A stretch of DNA of 56,794 nucleotides. Source: a virus (Duplodnaviria; Caudoviricetes). This document shows, one piece after another, positions 26,914 through 36,087 of this stretch. The notes beneath the pieces are model-generated. The model did no database searches and was not told where the DNA came from. It saw nothing but the letters and a program-made list of their open reading frames with translations. The stretch spans positions 1 through 56,794 of IMG/VR virus record IMGVR_UViG_3300042862_000073, one strand, 5' to 3'. Each line of letters begins with the position of its first letter. Within the stretch, counting starts at the first letter, position 1. A program made the translations under genes and the position numbers.

Positions 26914-27391
26914 TAGCTAACTCTTGATCAAAGATAATAAACCCACATGTATCGTCCTTCAAAATTTCATAGCGAGCCATCAAGTCACCGTATTCGCCAA
27001 CGGCCTTACGCTGAATCTTGATGAAGTCTAGAAGAATCTCCTGACAAACAGGATCCGCCTTCTTGTAGAAATCTGAATAGAAGTTCAATAGGTCTATTTC
27101 ACTCTCAAGAGCAATAGCCAAAGCATCGCCAATAGATTCAACCTTATCCTCGCACGCAGGCATCGCAGGCATTCCGCCTAGGATACCAACATCATTCAAA
27201 AAGTTCACGATAGTTTGGAAGTGGGATAGCTCGTCAGCACTCTCCGCCTGGAAGAATTTGAACGCCCCCAAATAACCAATCATTTGCATCTGATTAGAGA
27301 TGTGACGGTATAGGTGTGAAACATACATTTCACGGTATAGAGCGTCCTCAAATCCTGAGATGCACTCCTTTGATATTAATTCTGTTTTCAT
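26903..27391 (-). CDS. Ferritin-like protein
   Basis: 162 aa; RE.Y.SHLY, GAFKFF.AESADELSH, ALESE, F...Q pattern of non-haem ferritin. Confidence 0.85.
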   Translation of the reverse strand: MKTELISKECISGFEDALYREMYVSHLYRHISNQMQMIGYLGAFKFFQAESADELSHFQTIVNFLNDVGILGGMPAMPACEDKVESIGDALAIALESEIDLLNFYSDFYKKADPVCQEILLDFIKIQRKAVGEYGDLMARYEILKDDTCGFIIFDQELANGL

Positions 27392-30300
27392 TATAATCCG
27401 CAGATTTTAGTTATTCCTAGTTTTTCAGCGATGTCCTCAAAGTTATCACTTATTTGCTTTGCTTTGTCATAATTTTCACCTAATATTTCACGCTGTGCTT
27501 TTATTTCGGCGGCTTTCGAAACTCCACGCTTCTTGGATATTACATCCATAGCAGACACGGCTTTTTTAGCACTATCAAGAATCTGATCTCTCCTTGCTAC
27601 TTCCTCAGTAGATTCTAGAGTAGGTCCGTAAAGTCTTTCAGCGTATGGTATTCTTGAACGATCTTCTGCATTTCTAGCCTCAACTTCACCAGCCATGCGT
27701 CTATATTCATCATATGCTACCTGCTTGATGACATTTTTAGCAATAACAGATTCAACAAAAAGTTTAGCTCTATCTAAGTCCTCTTTTGCTAAATCATCTA
27801 TACTTTCAAGCATGTTGTTGTCGCTTCCTATATACTTTAATATCGCTTCGGGATTTCCAGAATACAACTCTTTATCGTATTTAGAATTAGCAATGTCCTC
27901 AAGAGATGTTCCGTAAGTCATCATTTCAAGCACTTCATTAACAGCTTTAGTTACTGCTGCTCCTACTGTTTTAGAACTACCTAGAGAAAACCCTGGTATT
28001 TTGTAAACATCTTTAGATTTAGAAAATTCATCAGCCTTATCATCTACATTTCCACCATACTCAAAGCCTTCTCTGTCTTGAATATAATGTTGAATCTCAT
28101 GTATTAAAGTTCTTCTAAAACCATCTATACCCTCATTTTCAATTGCTTCTGGACCAAATTCAATTAAGTTTCTGCTAGTTCTAAATACGGCAGCAGCATT
28201 TCCAAGGTCTGGATTTACAGAGAATGTCACGTCAGATAAATAGGGATACGCTTCTTCTAGCTTCCCCAAGTCTAAAATATCGGTTATTGGAGCCGGAGGA
28301 TAATTTTCATTAGCTCTAACTCTAACACCTTCTTTTTTAGCATTCTCCTGAAGGTAGAACATTATATCAAAGTCGCTTTCAATATCCTCGTTTAATTCAA
28401 CGTCCGGATATTCATATCTCCATTGTCCATCTGCTCCTACTTCCCATCCTGTTGCTGCCTTAATATCTTGAGCTGCTCTGTTGGCGGCTTCCATATTTTT
28501 AGCTACATCTAAGTCCTGCATTGCAATATCATCAGCAGCCGTTTCAACACCTACTTGACCTACGATTGCTTCTTTACTTCCATCTTTCGCACCTGATTCA
28601 CGTGGTCGGAATCTATAATCTGTTTCAAATGCCTTACCTACATTTTCGGCAGCCGCTGTAATATTCTCACCCCCCTGTCCTGTAGACATTGCAGATGAAA
28701 CGGTATTAAAGAAGTCCATAAGTGACTTCGTTTGTGCATTAGCTGTAAATGGAATTAGTGTTCCTTTAGTTATACGAGAAACAAACTCATTGATAAGGTT
28801 CATTATCTTTTGAGCTGTTGTCGGTGTCAACTTTTCACGGTTGGCTGTCATAAGACCTGCTAGCTGAGCCATAAACTCCTCTGGTCTAACATCTTTATCC
28901 GTGTACTGATTAACGAAAGCATCAAGCTCTGCAACTCGACTAGCTGAAAGGGCCTTCAAGATTCTACCCTGAAACTCCTTAAACAACTCCGGATTATCTC
29001 CGAATGCATCCATAAGGATTAGGTGGGTAAACTCGTGTGGAGCTGTATCAGTACCTGCCTTTTCCATGTTAACGTGTACGGCAATAACATTACCCTTATC
29101 GTCATATTGGAAGGTTCCTGCACCTGTTCTAGCCATTGATTCACCACCTGTAATTGCGGTAGCCGCCTCCATGTCAGAAGTCGTTTCATGTACATAAATT
29201 GGTACGTCTCCGTAGGCCTTACGAATTGCGGTAGCCGCACGATCAATGCTGGATACTAGCGCACGCTTTCCACTATCACCCTTAAATTTAGCTAGCAGTG
29301 CATTTTTTCTTGTGGCGTCAAAAACTTTTGGTTTAACTGCACGCACACCTGCTGCTGGTTTAGCTTCAGTTGTCGGGACTTCTGCAACAGGAGTTTCCAC
29401 TGCTGGAGCTTCTACTGTTGGCCCCTCTTCAACTACAAGAGGCTTTACTTCTTGTGTTGTTACTTCTGTAGTCTCTGATACTTGAGGAGTAGTAGTTCTT
29501 TCAACAAACTTCTTAAAACCTTCTAAATCCTGCTTAGTACCTAATATATAAGCCTGCTTTTCTGAAGATACTGCGTAAGTTTTTCCCTCCGTCTGACCTA
29601 TATCTTCACCAAAAACTGTATCATTTCCCTTTTCAAAAGACTTCTTTGCACGAGCATACATTATATCCTGTTTACCCTCTCTGTTCTCAACATTGTTAGC
29701 GTTGATGATTACCGGATATACTTTTGCAACGCCGCCCGTCTTAAATTGTCCCTTAGCATACTCAGGATTGTTTGTAGCGAATATAGCTCCACCCTTTCCA
29801 TATTGATCGGAAACTCTTGGCTCAAACTTCTCTAGGGTTGGATTATCACTACCATGATACAAAATATCCTTTACTTTACTATCTGGAAATATAGTTTCAA
29901 GATATGCAGAGTACTGCGCTGGAGTTCCAATAGAAGCAAGATCAGGAGTAGAATCAAATAATTCTTGCACCCCTGTTTTAGGTGCTACTTCTTCTTTTTT
30001 ACCAACTTCTTGGGCAGTTTCTTCCCCTTGGACGCCTGGTCCCATTCCTTGAGGTTTACCCCCTGTTTCTGTAGTTTCTCCTTGTTGGCGTGGAAGAACT
30101 TCCTCTGTGCTTCGCTTTTGTATGGCATCTCTATCTGTTTTAGGGTGATAAAAGGAATCTGCAAAGGCAGTGTCCTTTAAACTTGTTTTTATATACTCAT
30201 CTGCTTTTTTAGCAACTTCGGCGGCGTCCAAATCTAAATCTTCGCGCGGCTGAATTACATAGGTTCCATCAGGATTAACAGCGACATTTCTAACGCCCAT

Positions 30301-33300
30301 AGCCATTAGATTATCATCGTTGTACATTACCGGCTTAGTAGCACCGTAATCCTTTTGTCCTGTTAAATAGTCGTTTATATCCTGATCGTATTGAGCTAGA
30401 GTCGTTTTAACAGCTTCGGTAGTTACACCTACCTTTCTAGCATTATCTTGAATCTGATTCTTACGATAGGTTAAAGCCATTACAGCATCCTGATTTGCTG
30501 TTGTTAACTCTGTAAAACCAGGCATAGATTGAAGCGCATTCCATGTTTCTGAAATACCCGTCAACTGCTTCTCAATTTCCTTAAAGGTAGCGTCGCCAGG
30601 ATTAACTCCATTGCTTTGCGTCTGCTCAATAACTTTTAAAATGTCATTAGCATTTTTACCCATGTAGGATAGGTTCTGCATCTGTGTTTGAGACATCGGT
30701 CTAAGACCTCCGAAGAATCTCATTCCACCACCCGTAATAAATCCAGCAACTCCATTGTCTGTTATATTCTTTGCCTGATATAGATCTTGGTATGGGTTAG
30801 TCTTATATGTTGCAGGTCGAGTGCCATCCATATTGAATGTAGTTACCCGGTTGTACAACTCATTGCTGATATCCTTTCCTAGGTCGGTAGATAATGCTCC
30901 TAAGGCTTCCTCACCAAACTCTTGAGCACCACCCTTTACTGTGTTCTTAACAAGCTCGTCAATTTTACCTAGGCCCTGTCTTAATAGAGCATTACCTCTA
31001 ATCCCATTCTTATATGAAGCTATTAGACCTGCTCTTGTAGCTACGTTGTCAAAATATTTAATATCAGGTACTGCCTGTTCAGCAACAGCTTGAAGTGATG
31101 CAATTAAAGTGGCGGCTTCCGCAGCATCGTCTTGCGATAGACCTGAACGCAAGGCCTCCTGATATGCCTGCCCTTCCATCATTAAGAAGGCTCCGGTAGT
31201 ATTCACACCAAAACGTCCAACAGTAGCTAGTTTACCTGCTCCCGAAAATAACTTTCCGGCAGCCGCACCTGGAAGAGCAAACGCTCCAACACTACCAATC
31301 CCCTGACCTAGTGTTTGTGTCAATTTAGCAAATTCAGGAAGATCATCTGCCTTGCCATCTCCGTCAATATCCATCCCTGAATACCCGTATAGGTAGTCGC
31401 GGTTATTCTGTGCTGTTTCTGCTCCGTAATAAACCCTATCCGCCCATCCGTAACCATCTCCAACTTCCAATACTTCTGAAATAGGTTTAATAGACTTGGC
31501 TGTTTCAAGGATAACCATATCCGTAAAACTTCTCCAAGCATCCCCAGTTCCGTATACAAGACCACCTAGAACAGGATTTTCAGTAACCCATCTTTGGCGA
31601 TTTTCCATGTTCTTTTCCTTCTGCTTTTCAAATGCAGATATAGGAGCAAAATTGCTATTGTTTATAGCTAGATTCTGTTGTACCTCCGATTGTTTTGAGT
31701 ATCGATTTAAATCAAAATCAGTTACTCCCGTTTCCTTTTGAACCTGTTGGGCACGAGTTGTTAGCTCCTGTTCTTTTAATTTTAACTGCTCGGCTCTTGA
31801 TTTGTATTCCTCCTGGGTAATAGTTCCTGAATTAAACGCTAGACGCAAGGCATCTACGTCTGATGAAAACTGCTTAACATCATTAATTATAGGCTGTATA
31901 TCAGTCATGTACTGACGAACCTGTCTGTCGGAAGCGTTCTCTATTGTTCTGTCTAGTGGAGCGTATGAAGATCCAACAGCTTCAGCTCTTAATTTTCTTA
32001 GAAATTCAGTGTCAGCTTGATCTATTCCAATCAAATCTTCTAAATTACCATCACCTTCAAAGATGATATTTTGTTTTCCACTTGAAATAAGGAAATTATT
32101 GGCATCCTCCCACGTTTCAAACCCCTTTTTGTTAAGGGCATTCATCACCTCCCAATAGCGTTCAGAATATTCTTTATGTTTATCAGGATCCGTCTTTTCT
32201 AGTACGGATAAGTAGGTAGCCTCAAGATTCTTGTATGAATACTTCTTTCTGTTCTCAAGCTCCTGCTTTTTAGTAGTATAATACTGCTCATCTACCTGAC
32301 CATTTTTCCTCTGCTCCTCTAGTTCGGCAAGATCTCTCTCTGGTGTAGTTATATCTACCTGACTTACGGCTCTATATGTATCCCAATTCTTTTGATTTGA
32401 AGCTCTTTCTACTTGATTAGTATGAGCCTTCATTTCGGCGGTTTTGTTTTCTAGGTAGTCCTTGCTTTCCGCATCCACCTTTTTAGCAAACTCTCCCGAT
32501 GGAACCCAAACCTTCTTAGTTTTCATTCCGGGTTGAGTGGTTACCGTACCACCTTTAGCGGCATCAAAATATGTAGATCCGGCATCATACTCATTTCTCT
32601 CCTCCCATCTACCATTAGGGTCAATCGTTTTAGGATCTACTTTACCGGAATTTATTTGATCTAACTGATATTGAGCTGTTTGGAATGTAGGCTTTGCTGG
32701 TTGAGCAACTTTACCTGTTAATGTAACTCCAGATTCTGCTGCTTTTGATTCGTATGACCACGTACCATTTGTGTTTATATCAGATACAATACCTGTGTAA
32801 TCGTCTGCAATTTTCTTTAATTCTGCCTGAGATGCTGTTGAAGGATTAGCCTTTAACTCCTCCATATAATCTAGGAGCTGTGTTTCAGACGAGAATACCT
32901 TTTGCCCAGGCTCAGACGCCTTAGGGGCATTTAATGGACCTGTTGGCTTTGGTTTTTCCTTTGGTTTTTCCTTTTCCTGTTGAGATTTTGCATACGCAAC
33001 AGATTGAGCTACCTGCTCTGGAGTCTGAGGTGTACCCGACATTTTAGGCCCTGAAAGAAATTCAGAAGCCTGTTCCAAATAACTCTTACCTTGGGAAGGC
33101 TGCGAGCCACTTGACGGTTGGGTTTGACTTGAGCCATCCCCAGACTTTGGTTGCGTAGGTTCTTTTTTTTTTAAGCCCCCTTCAAATTCAGATTGGCTTC
33201 CAAATTTTTGAGACCCATATTTATTGTAAATATGAGCTACATATTTTGGATTAGAGTTTAATGCAGTCAAATACGCTTGGTAATCACCAAATATTGCATT

Positions 33301-33345
33301 TCCTCCATTTGAATCGTAAATCGACTTAGCTAATTCTTCGTTCAT
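27391..33345 (-). CDS. Giant virion/ejection polyvalent protein (ART-like, zincin and LPD23-like domains)
   Basis: 1984 aa; SKVKDILYHGS...ILGTKQDLEGF domain; HEFTH zincin; ATGW..GADGQWRYE, HEIQHYIQ..EGF..GG, AGEVEARN; Gly/Ala-rich hydrophobic middle. Confidence 0.78.
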   Translation of the reverse strand: MNEELAKSIYDSNGGNAIFGDYQAYLTALNSNPKYVAHIYNKYGSQKFGSQSEFEGGLKKKEPTQPKSGDGSSQTQPSSGSQPSQGKSYLEQASEFLSGPKMSGTPQTPEQVAQSVAYAKSQQEKEKPKEKPKPTGPLNAPKASEPGQKVFSSETQLLDYMEELKANPSTASQAELKKIADDYTGIVSDINTNGTWSYESKAAESGVTLTGKVAQPAKPTFQTAQYQLDQINSGKVDPKTIDPNGRWEERNEYDAGSTYFDAAKGGTVTTQPGMKTKKVWVPSGEFAKKVDAESKDYLENKTAEMKAHTNQVERASNQKNWDTYRAVSQVDITTPERDLAELEEQRKNGQVDEQYYTTKKQELENRKKYSYKNLEATYLSVLEKTDPDKHKEYSERYWEVMNALNKKGFETWEDANNFLISSGKQNIIFEGDGNLEDLIGIDQADTEFLRKLRAEAVGSSYAPLDRTIENASDRQVRQYMTDIQPIINDVKQFSSDVDALRLAFNSGTITQEEYKSRAEQLKLKEQELTTRAQQVQKETGVTDFDLNRYSKQSEVQQNLAINNSNFAPISAFEKQKEKNMENRQRWVTENPVLGGLVYGTGDAWRSFTDMVILETAKSIKPISEVLEVGDGYGWADRVYYGAETAQNNRDYLYGYSGMDIDGDGKADDLPEFAKLTQTLGQGIGSVGAFALPGAAAGKLFSGAGKLATVGRFGVNTTGAFLMMEGQAYQEALRSGLSQDDAAEAATLIASLQAVAEQAVPDIKYFDNVATRAGLIASYKNGIRGNALLRQGLGKIDELVKNTVKGGAQEFGEEALGALSTDLGKDISNELYNRVTTFNMDGTRPATYKTNPYQDLYQAKNITDNGVAGFITGGGMRFFGGLRPMSQTQMQNLSYMGKNANDILKVIEQTQSNGVNPGDATFKEIEKQLTGISETWNALQSMPGFTELTTANQDAVMALTYRKNQIQDNARKVGVTTEAVKTTLAQYDQDINDYLTGQKDYGATKPVMYNDDNLMAMGVRNVAVNPDGTYVIQPREDLDLDAAEVAKKADEYIKTSLKDTAFADSFYHPKTDRDAIQKRSTEEVLPRQQGETTETGGKPQGMGPGVQGEETAQEVGKKEEVAPKTGVQELFDSTPDLASIGTPAQYSAYLETIFPDSKVKDILYHGSDNPTLEKFEPRVSDQYGKGGAIFATNNPEYAKGQFKTGGVAKVYPVIINANNVENREGKQDIMYARAKKSFEKGNDTVFGEDIGQTEGKTYAVSSEKQAYILGTKQDLEGFKKFVERTTTPQVSETTEVTTQEVKPLVVEEGPTVEAPAVETPVAEVPTTEAKPAAGVRAVKPKVFDATRKNALLAKFKGDSGKRALVSSIDRAATAIRKAYGDVPIYVHETTSDMEAATAITGGESMARTGAGTFQYDDKGNVIAVHVNMEKAGTDTAPHEFTHLILMDAFGDNPELFKEFQGRILKALSASRVAELDAFVNQYTDKDVRPEEFMAQLAGLMTANREKLTPTTAQKIMNLINEFVSRITKGTLIPFTANAQTKSLMDFFNTVSSAMSTGQGGENITAAAENVGKAFETDYRFRPRESGAKDGSKEAIVGQVGVETAADDIAMQDLDVAKNMEAANRAAQDIKAATGWEVGADGQWRYEYPDVELNEDIESDFDIMFYLQENAKKEGVRVRANENYPPAPITDILDLGKLEEAYPYLSDVTFSVNPDLGNAAAVFRTSRNLIEFGPEAIENEGIDGFRRTLIHEIQHYIQDREGFEYGGNVDDKADEFSKSKDVYKIPGFSLGSSKTVGAAVTKAVNEVLEMMTYGTSLEDIANSKYDKELYSGNPEAILKYIGSDNNMLESIDDLAKEDLDRAKLFVESVIAKNVIKQVAYDEYRRMAGEVEARNAEDRSRIPYAERLYGPTLESTEEVARRDQILDSAKKAVSAMDVISKKRGVSKAAEIKAQREILGENYDKAKQISDNFEDIAEKLGITKICGL

Positions 33346-33351
33346 AATCTA

Positions 33352-34710
33352 TTATTGAAAATTTTTAGGATCGTCTACTCCAGGTAAAGGTGTTTGGTAA
33401 TATGTTGGATTTCCTTTTTGATTAGCTGTATTATATTGTTGAGCTAGGCCAACAACATCTATTTTAGGATATTGAGCTTGGAATTTAGTTTTATTCCAAT
33501 CGTAAGGAACATATACAGTTTCTAAAGTTTTGTATGTAAGGGTATTTGTCTGTTCGTCAAATTCAGGTTCTGCTATTGTTCCACCTTCGTTAGTTGAAGC
33601 CCAAGCATCAGCCTCTGCCTTATCTTTAAATGTTTTTGTTTGAGTGTTACCCGGAATCTTACCCTCAATATGCCATCCACCTAAAGGAGCTATTTTAGTT
33701 TCGCCTGGTTTACCCATATACTGAACTCCAGATGGTATAATTGAAATCAATTGTTGATTAACATCTAAAACTTGCATAGGAGTTACATCTGTTGGCAAAG
33801 CTACATAATCAGAAAACCCTTGACTTGTTGCGGTTCTTACACCAGCTGCACCCATTTTAGTTTGTTTGTTCCATCCGCCTCCACCTCCGCCTGTAGATGC
33901 AGTTAAAGTTTTTTCGTAATAAGGTTTCATTTGCTCATGAATCTTACTTAAAAACTCCTCCTCCGTGGCAGGTCTTATATTACCATCAGCATCTTTTAAT
34001 TCTAGATTTTTTCCAGCCTGACGTAACATTCTTTGTCTTTCGCTAGGAGTTCTAGTATCCCAAACTGAACTTTCAGCACCTCGCTGTTTTTTTTCGTCTG
34101 TCTTGGTTAATCTTCCTTGTTGAACCTCTTTTGAAAAATAATCAGTAAAAGGTTTCAATATATCAAAATACTCTCCCGGTTTAGGTTGAGTCATAATATA
34201 ATCATACCTACCTTTAATATTCTTTTGTTCTCTAATGCCATTTTCCCACAACTTAACATCTTCCTGATCAAGTTTTTCATTTGCTGTTGCATCAGTCATG
34301 TATTTTGAGTAGGTGTCAAATGTTTTTTCGTTCATGCTTTTATCAGCATCAAAACCCATCATTTTCTTTTTAAGAGCTAATTGAAAATTGTAGTCCTCAG
34401 GTTTTCCTGAAGCTCTCCAATCAACAACAAAATTCTGTATTTCATCTATACTATTACTCATTTGTTCAACAGGCATATCCCATTTAGGATCCGTCTGAAT
34501 ATCAAGCATCAACTTCTCAAGTGCAGCATCCTTCTTCTTCTTATCCTCCTCCTTCTTCTTCAAGTCATCCTGTTGAAGCTGTAGATTCTTATCTAACGCC
34601 CCTTGAATAGTAGAGAATATATTCTGATTAGGAGTGTATACAAACGATTCCGCTTGACCTACTTGAGTACCTGCTCCTAGTGGATTTTCTATGCTTTGAT
34701 TAAGTTCCAT
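33352..34710 (-). CDS. Putative ejection/cargo protein
   Basis: Lies between muzzle and giant proteins; coiled-coil N-terminal half. Confidence 0.6.
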   Translation of the reverse strand: MELNQSIENPLGAGTQVGQAESFVYTPNQNIFSTIQGALDKNLQLQQDDLKKKEEDKKKKDAALEKLMLDIQTDPKWDMPVEQMSNSIDEIQNFVVDWRASGKPEDYNFQLALKKKMMGFDADKSMNEKTFDTYSKYMTDATANEKLDQEDVKLWENGIREQKNIKGRYDYIMTQPKPGEYFDILKPFTDYFSKEVQQGRLTKTDEKKQRGAESSVWDTRTPSERQRMLRQAGKNLELKDADGNIRPATEEEFLSKIHEQMKPYYEKTLTASTGGGGGGWNKQTKMGAAGVRTATSQGFSDYVALPTDVTPMQVLDVNQQLISIIPSGVQYMGKPGETKIAPLGGWHIEGKIPGNTQTKTFKDKAEADAWASTNEGGTIAEPEFDEQTNTLTYKTLETVYVPYDWNKTKFQAQYPKIDVVGLAQQYNTANQKGNPTYYQTPLPGVDDPKNFQ

Positions 34711-34719
34711 TCCTGATTG

Positions 34720-36024
34720 TTATTTCTTGTATGTTGGCATCAAGCTATTTCTATGCTTTTCAAGTTCAGCTTCAGTAGCCGCTCCGTATAATTTGCCGCT
34801 AGCATCTTTATAATAAAATGCCCCACTAGAATCTGAAATTATTGTACCTGGAGGTAGAGCATCTAATGAATTATTTAAATTTCTTTCAGATATTTGGTTA
34901 TTATTCAATCCAGATATATTATCTTGAGGAGCCAAAACTCCAGAAATATTTGGTTGACTCTGACTAGGTTGACCTCCAATAAATTGAGGAGCTAAAACTC
35001 CAGCGCCACCATTAGCTGCTATTACATTTGGATCTAATCCAGGAGCTAAAACTCCAGATCCAGGTTGCATTGACATGTCTAATGAAGCCACTCTATTCTC
35101 AGGAAGTAGATCAGGTCTAGTAACCCCTAAAGCTGTTGTTGGTACAGTAGAATTAGGTGTTATAGGCCCATTTACAGAAGCAAAGTCGGAACCCATCTGA
35201 CCCTGAAGAGAACCTTGTATTTGATTTACATTTGGTGCTGTTGTCGCTGTTGGCGTTCCTGGAATAACACCGAACCCTTGTAAGGAGCTAACTATTCCTT
35301 GAAGATCTGGCTGTTGACCAGCTATAGGACCTAAATTTTGCGGCTGTATGTTTACAGGTGCAGCAGCAGGCATTGGAAGAGCACTTATGTCTATTCCTTT
35401 CATTGGACCTTCGGGTGTTGTACTAGGAGGTGTAGCTCCTGGATACATCTTGTTCATTAGATTCATATTCATCTGATAGCCAAGTCCTGTAGCAACTCCT
35501 TGACCTACAGAGCCTACAGCATTTTGCATGTTCTGCTGACGTGCAGTGTCAAGAGAAGCTCTTCTAGCCATTTCATCGTTATACGCCTTCATCTGATCCT
35601 GTTGTTGAGCATTTTGCCAGTTAGCGTAACTACCCAATTGACCTTGAAGATTTTGAAGTGAACCTAAATAACTTTTTGCGTTAGTGATATCTAAATCTCT
35701 TTTTGCCATTCCGGCTCCTACATTTGCCGATGCCATTGCCGCCATAATATCCTGCATATTTCCACCAGCAGCCTTAACATCACCAATAGCTCTGTTAGTT
35801 TGATTTTCAATCTTATCTAAAGCCTCATCGTAACCAGGCATGTTTCTGTTACTAGCAATAGTACGAGCTAAACCTAATTGTTCTTTAGCGGCTTCTGGAA
35901 TTTGAAAGTCGGGACGCTCAATATCAGGTAGATTTTTCAATCTACTACCTTGTTGAATAGATTTAATAGCCGGCAAAATTGCTTGGCCAGCACCCATTAA
36001 TATAGAAAGTGTTATCGGGTCCAT
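34720..36024 (-). CDS. Putative ejection/cargo protein
   Basis: MDPITLSILMGAGQ hydrophobic N-terminus; Q/A/M-rich helices; low-complexity tail with GVLAP x3. Confidence 0.65.
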   Translation of the reverse strand: MDPITLSILMGAGQAILPAIKSIQQGSRLKNLPDIERPDFQIPEAAKEQLGLARTIASNRNMPGYDEALDKIENQTNRAIGDVKAAGGNMQDIMAAMASANVGAGMAKRDLDITNAKSYLGSLQNLQGQLGSYANWQNAQQQDQMKAYNDEMARRASLDTARQQNMQNAVGSVGQGVATGLGYQMNMNLMNKMYPGATPPSTTPEGPMKGIDISALPMPAAAPVNIQPQNLGPIAGQQPDLQGIVSSLQGFGVIPGTPTATTAPNVNQIQGSLQGQMGSDFASVNGPITPNSTVPTTALGVTRPDLLPENRVASLDMSMQPGSGVLAPGLDPNVIAANGGAGVLAPQFIGGQPSQSQPNISGVLAPQDNISGLNNNQISERNLNNSLDALPPGTIISDSSGAFYYKDASGKLYGAATEAELEKHRNSLMPTYKK

Positions 36025-36087
36025 ATATTCTGCAAATTAAGTATTTATTTAGGTGTTATCCTCGTTCTATTAAAAAAGTTTTCATAT

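Noticed and set aside
31345-31380. MDIDGDGKAD in the 1984-aa protein as an RNA polymerase DxDGD motif
   Set aside because: It fits a DxDxDG calcium-binding loop better and sits next to Gly/Ala-rich hydrophobic helices with no double-psi barrel context; a structure search would settle it
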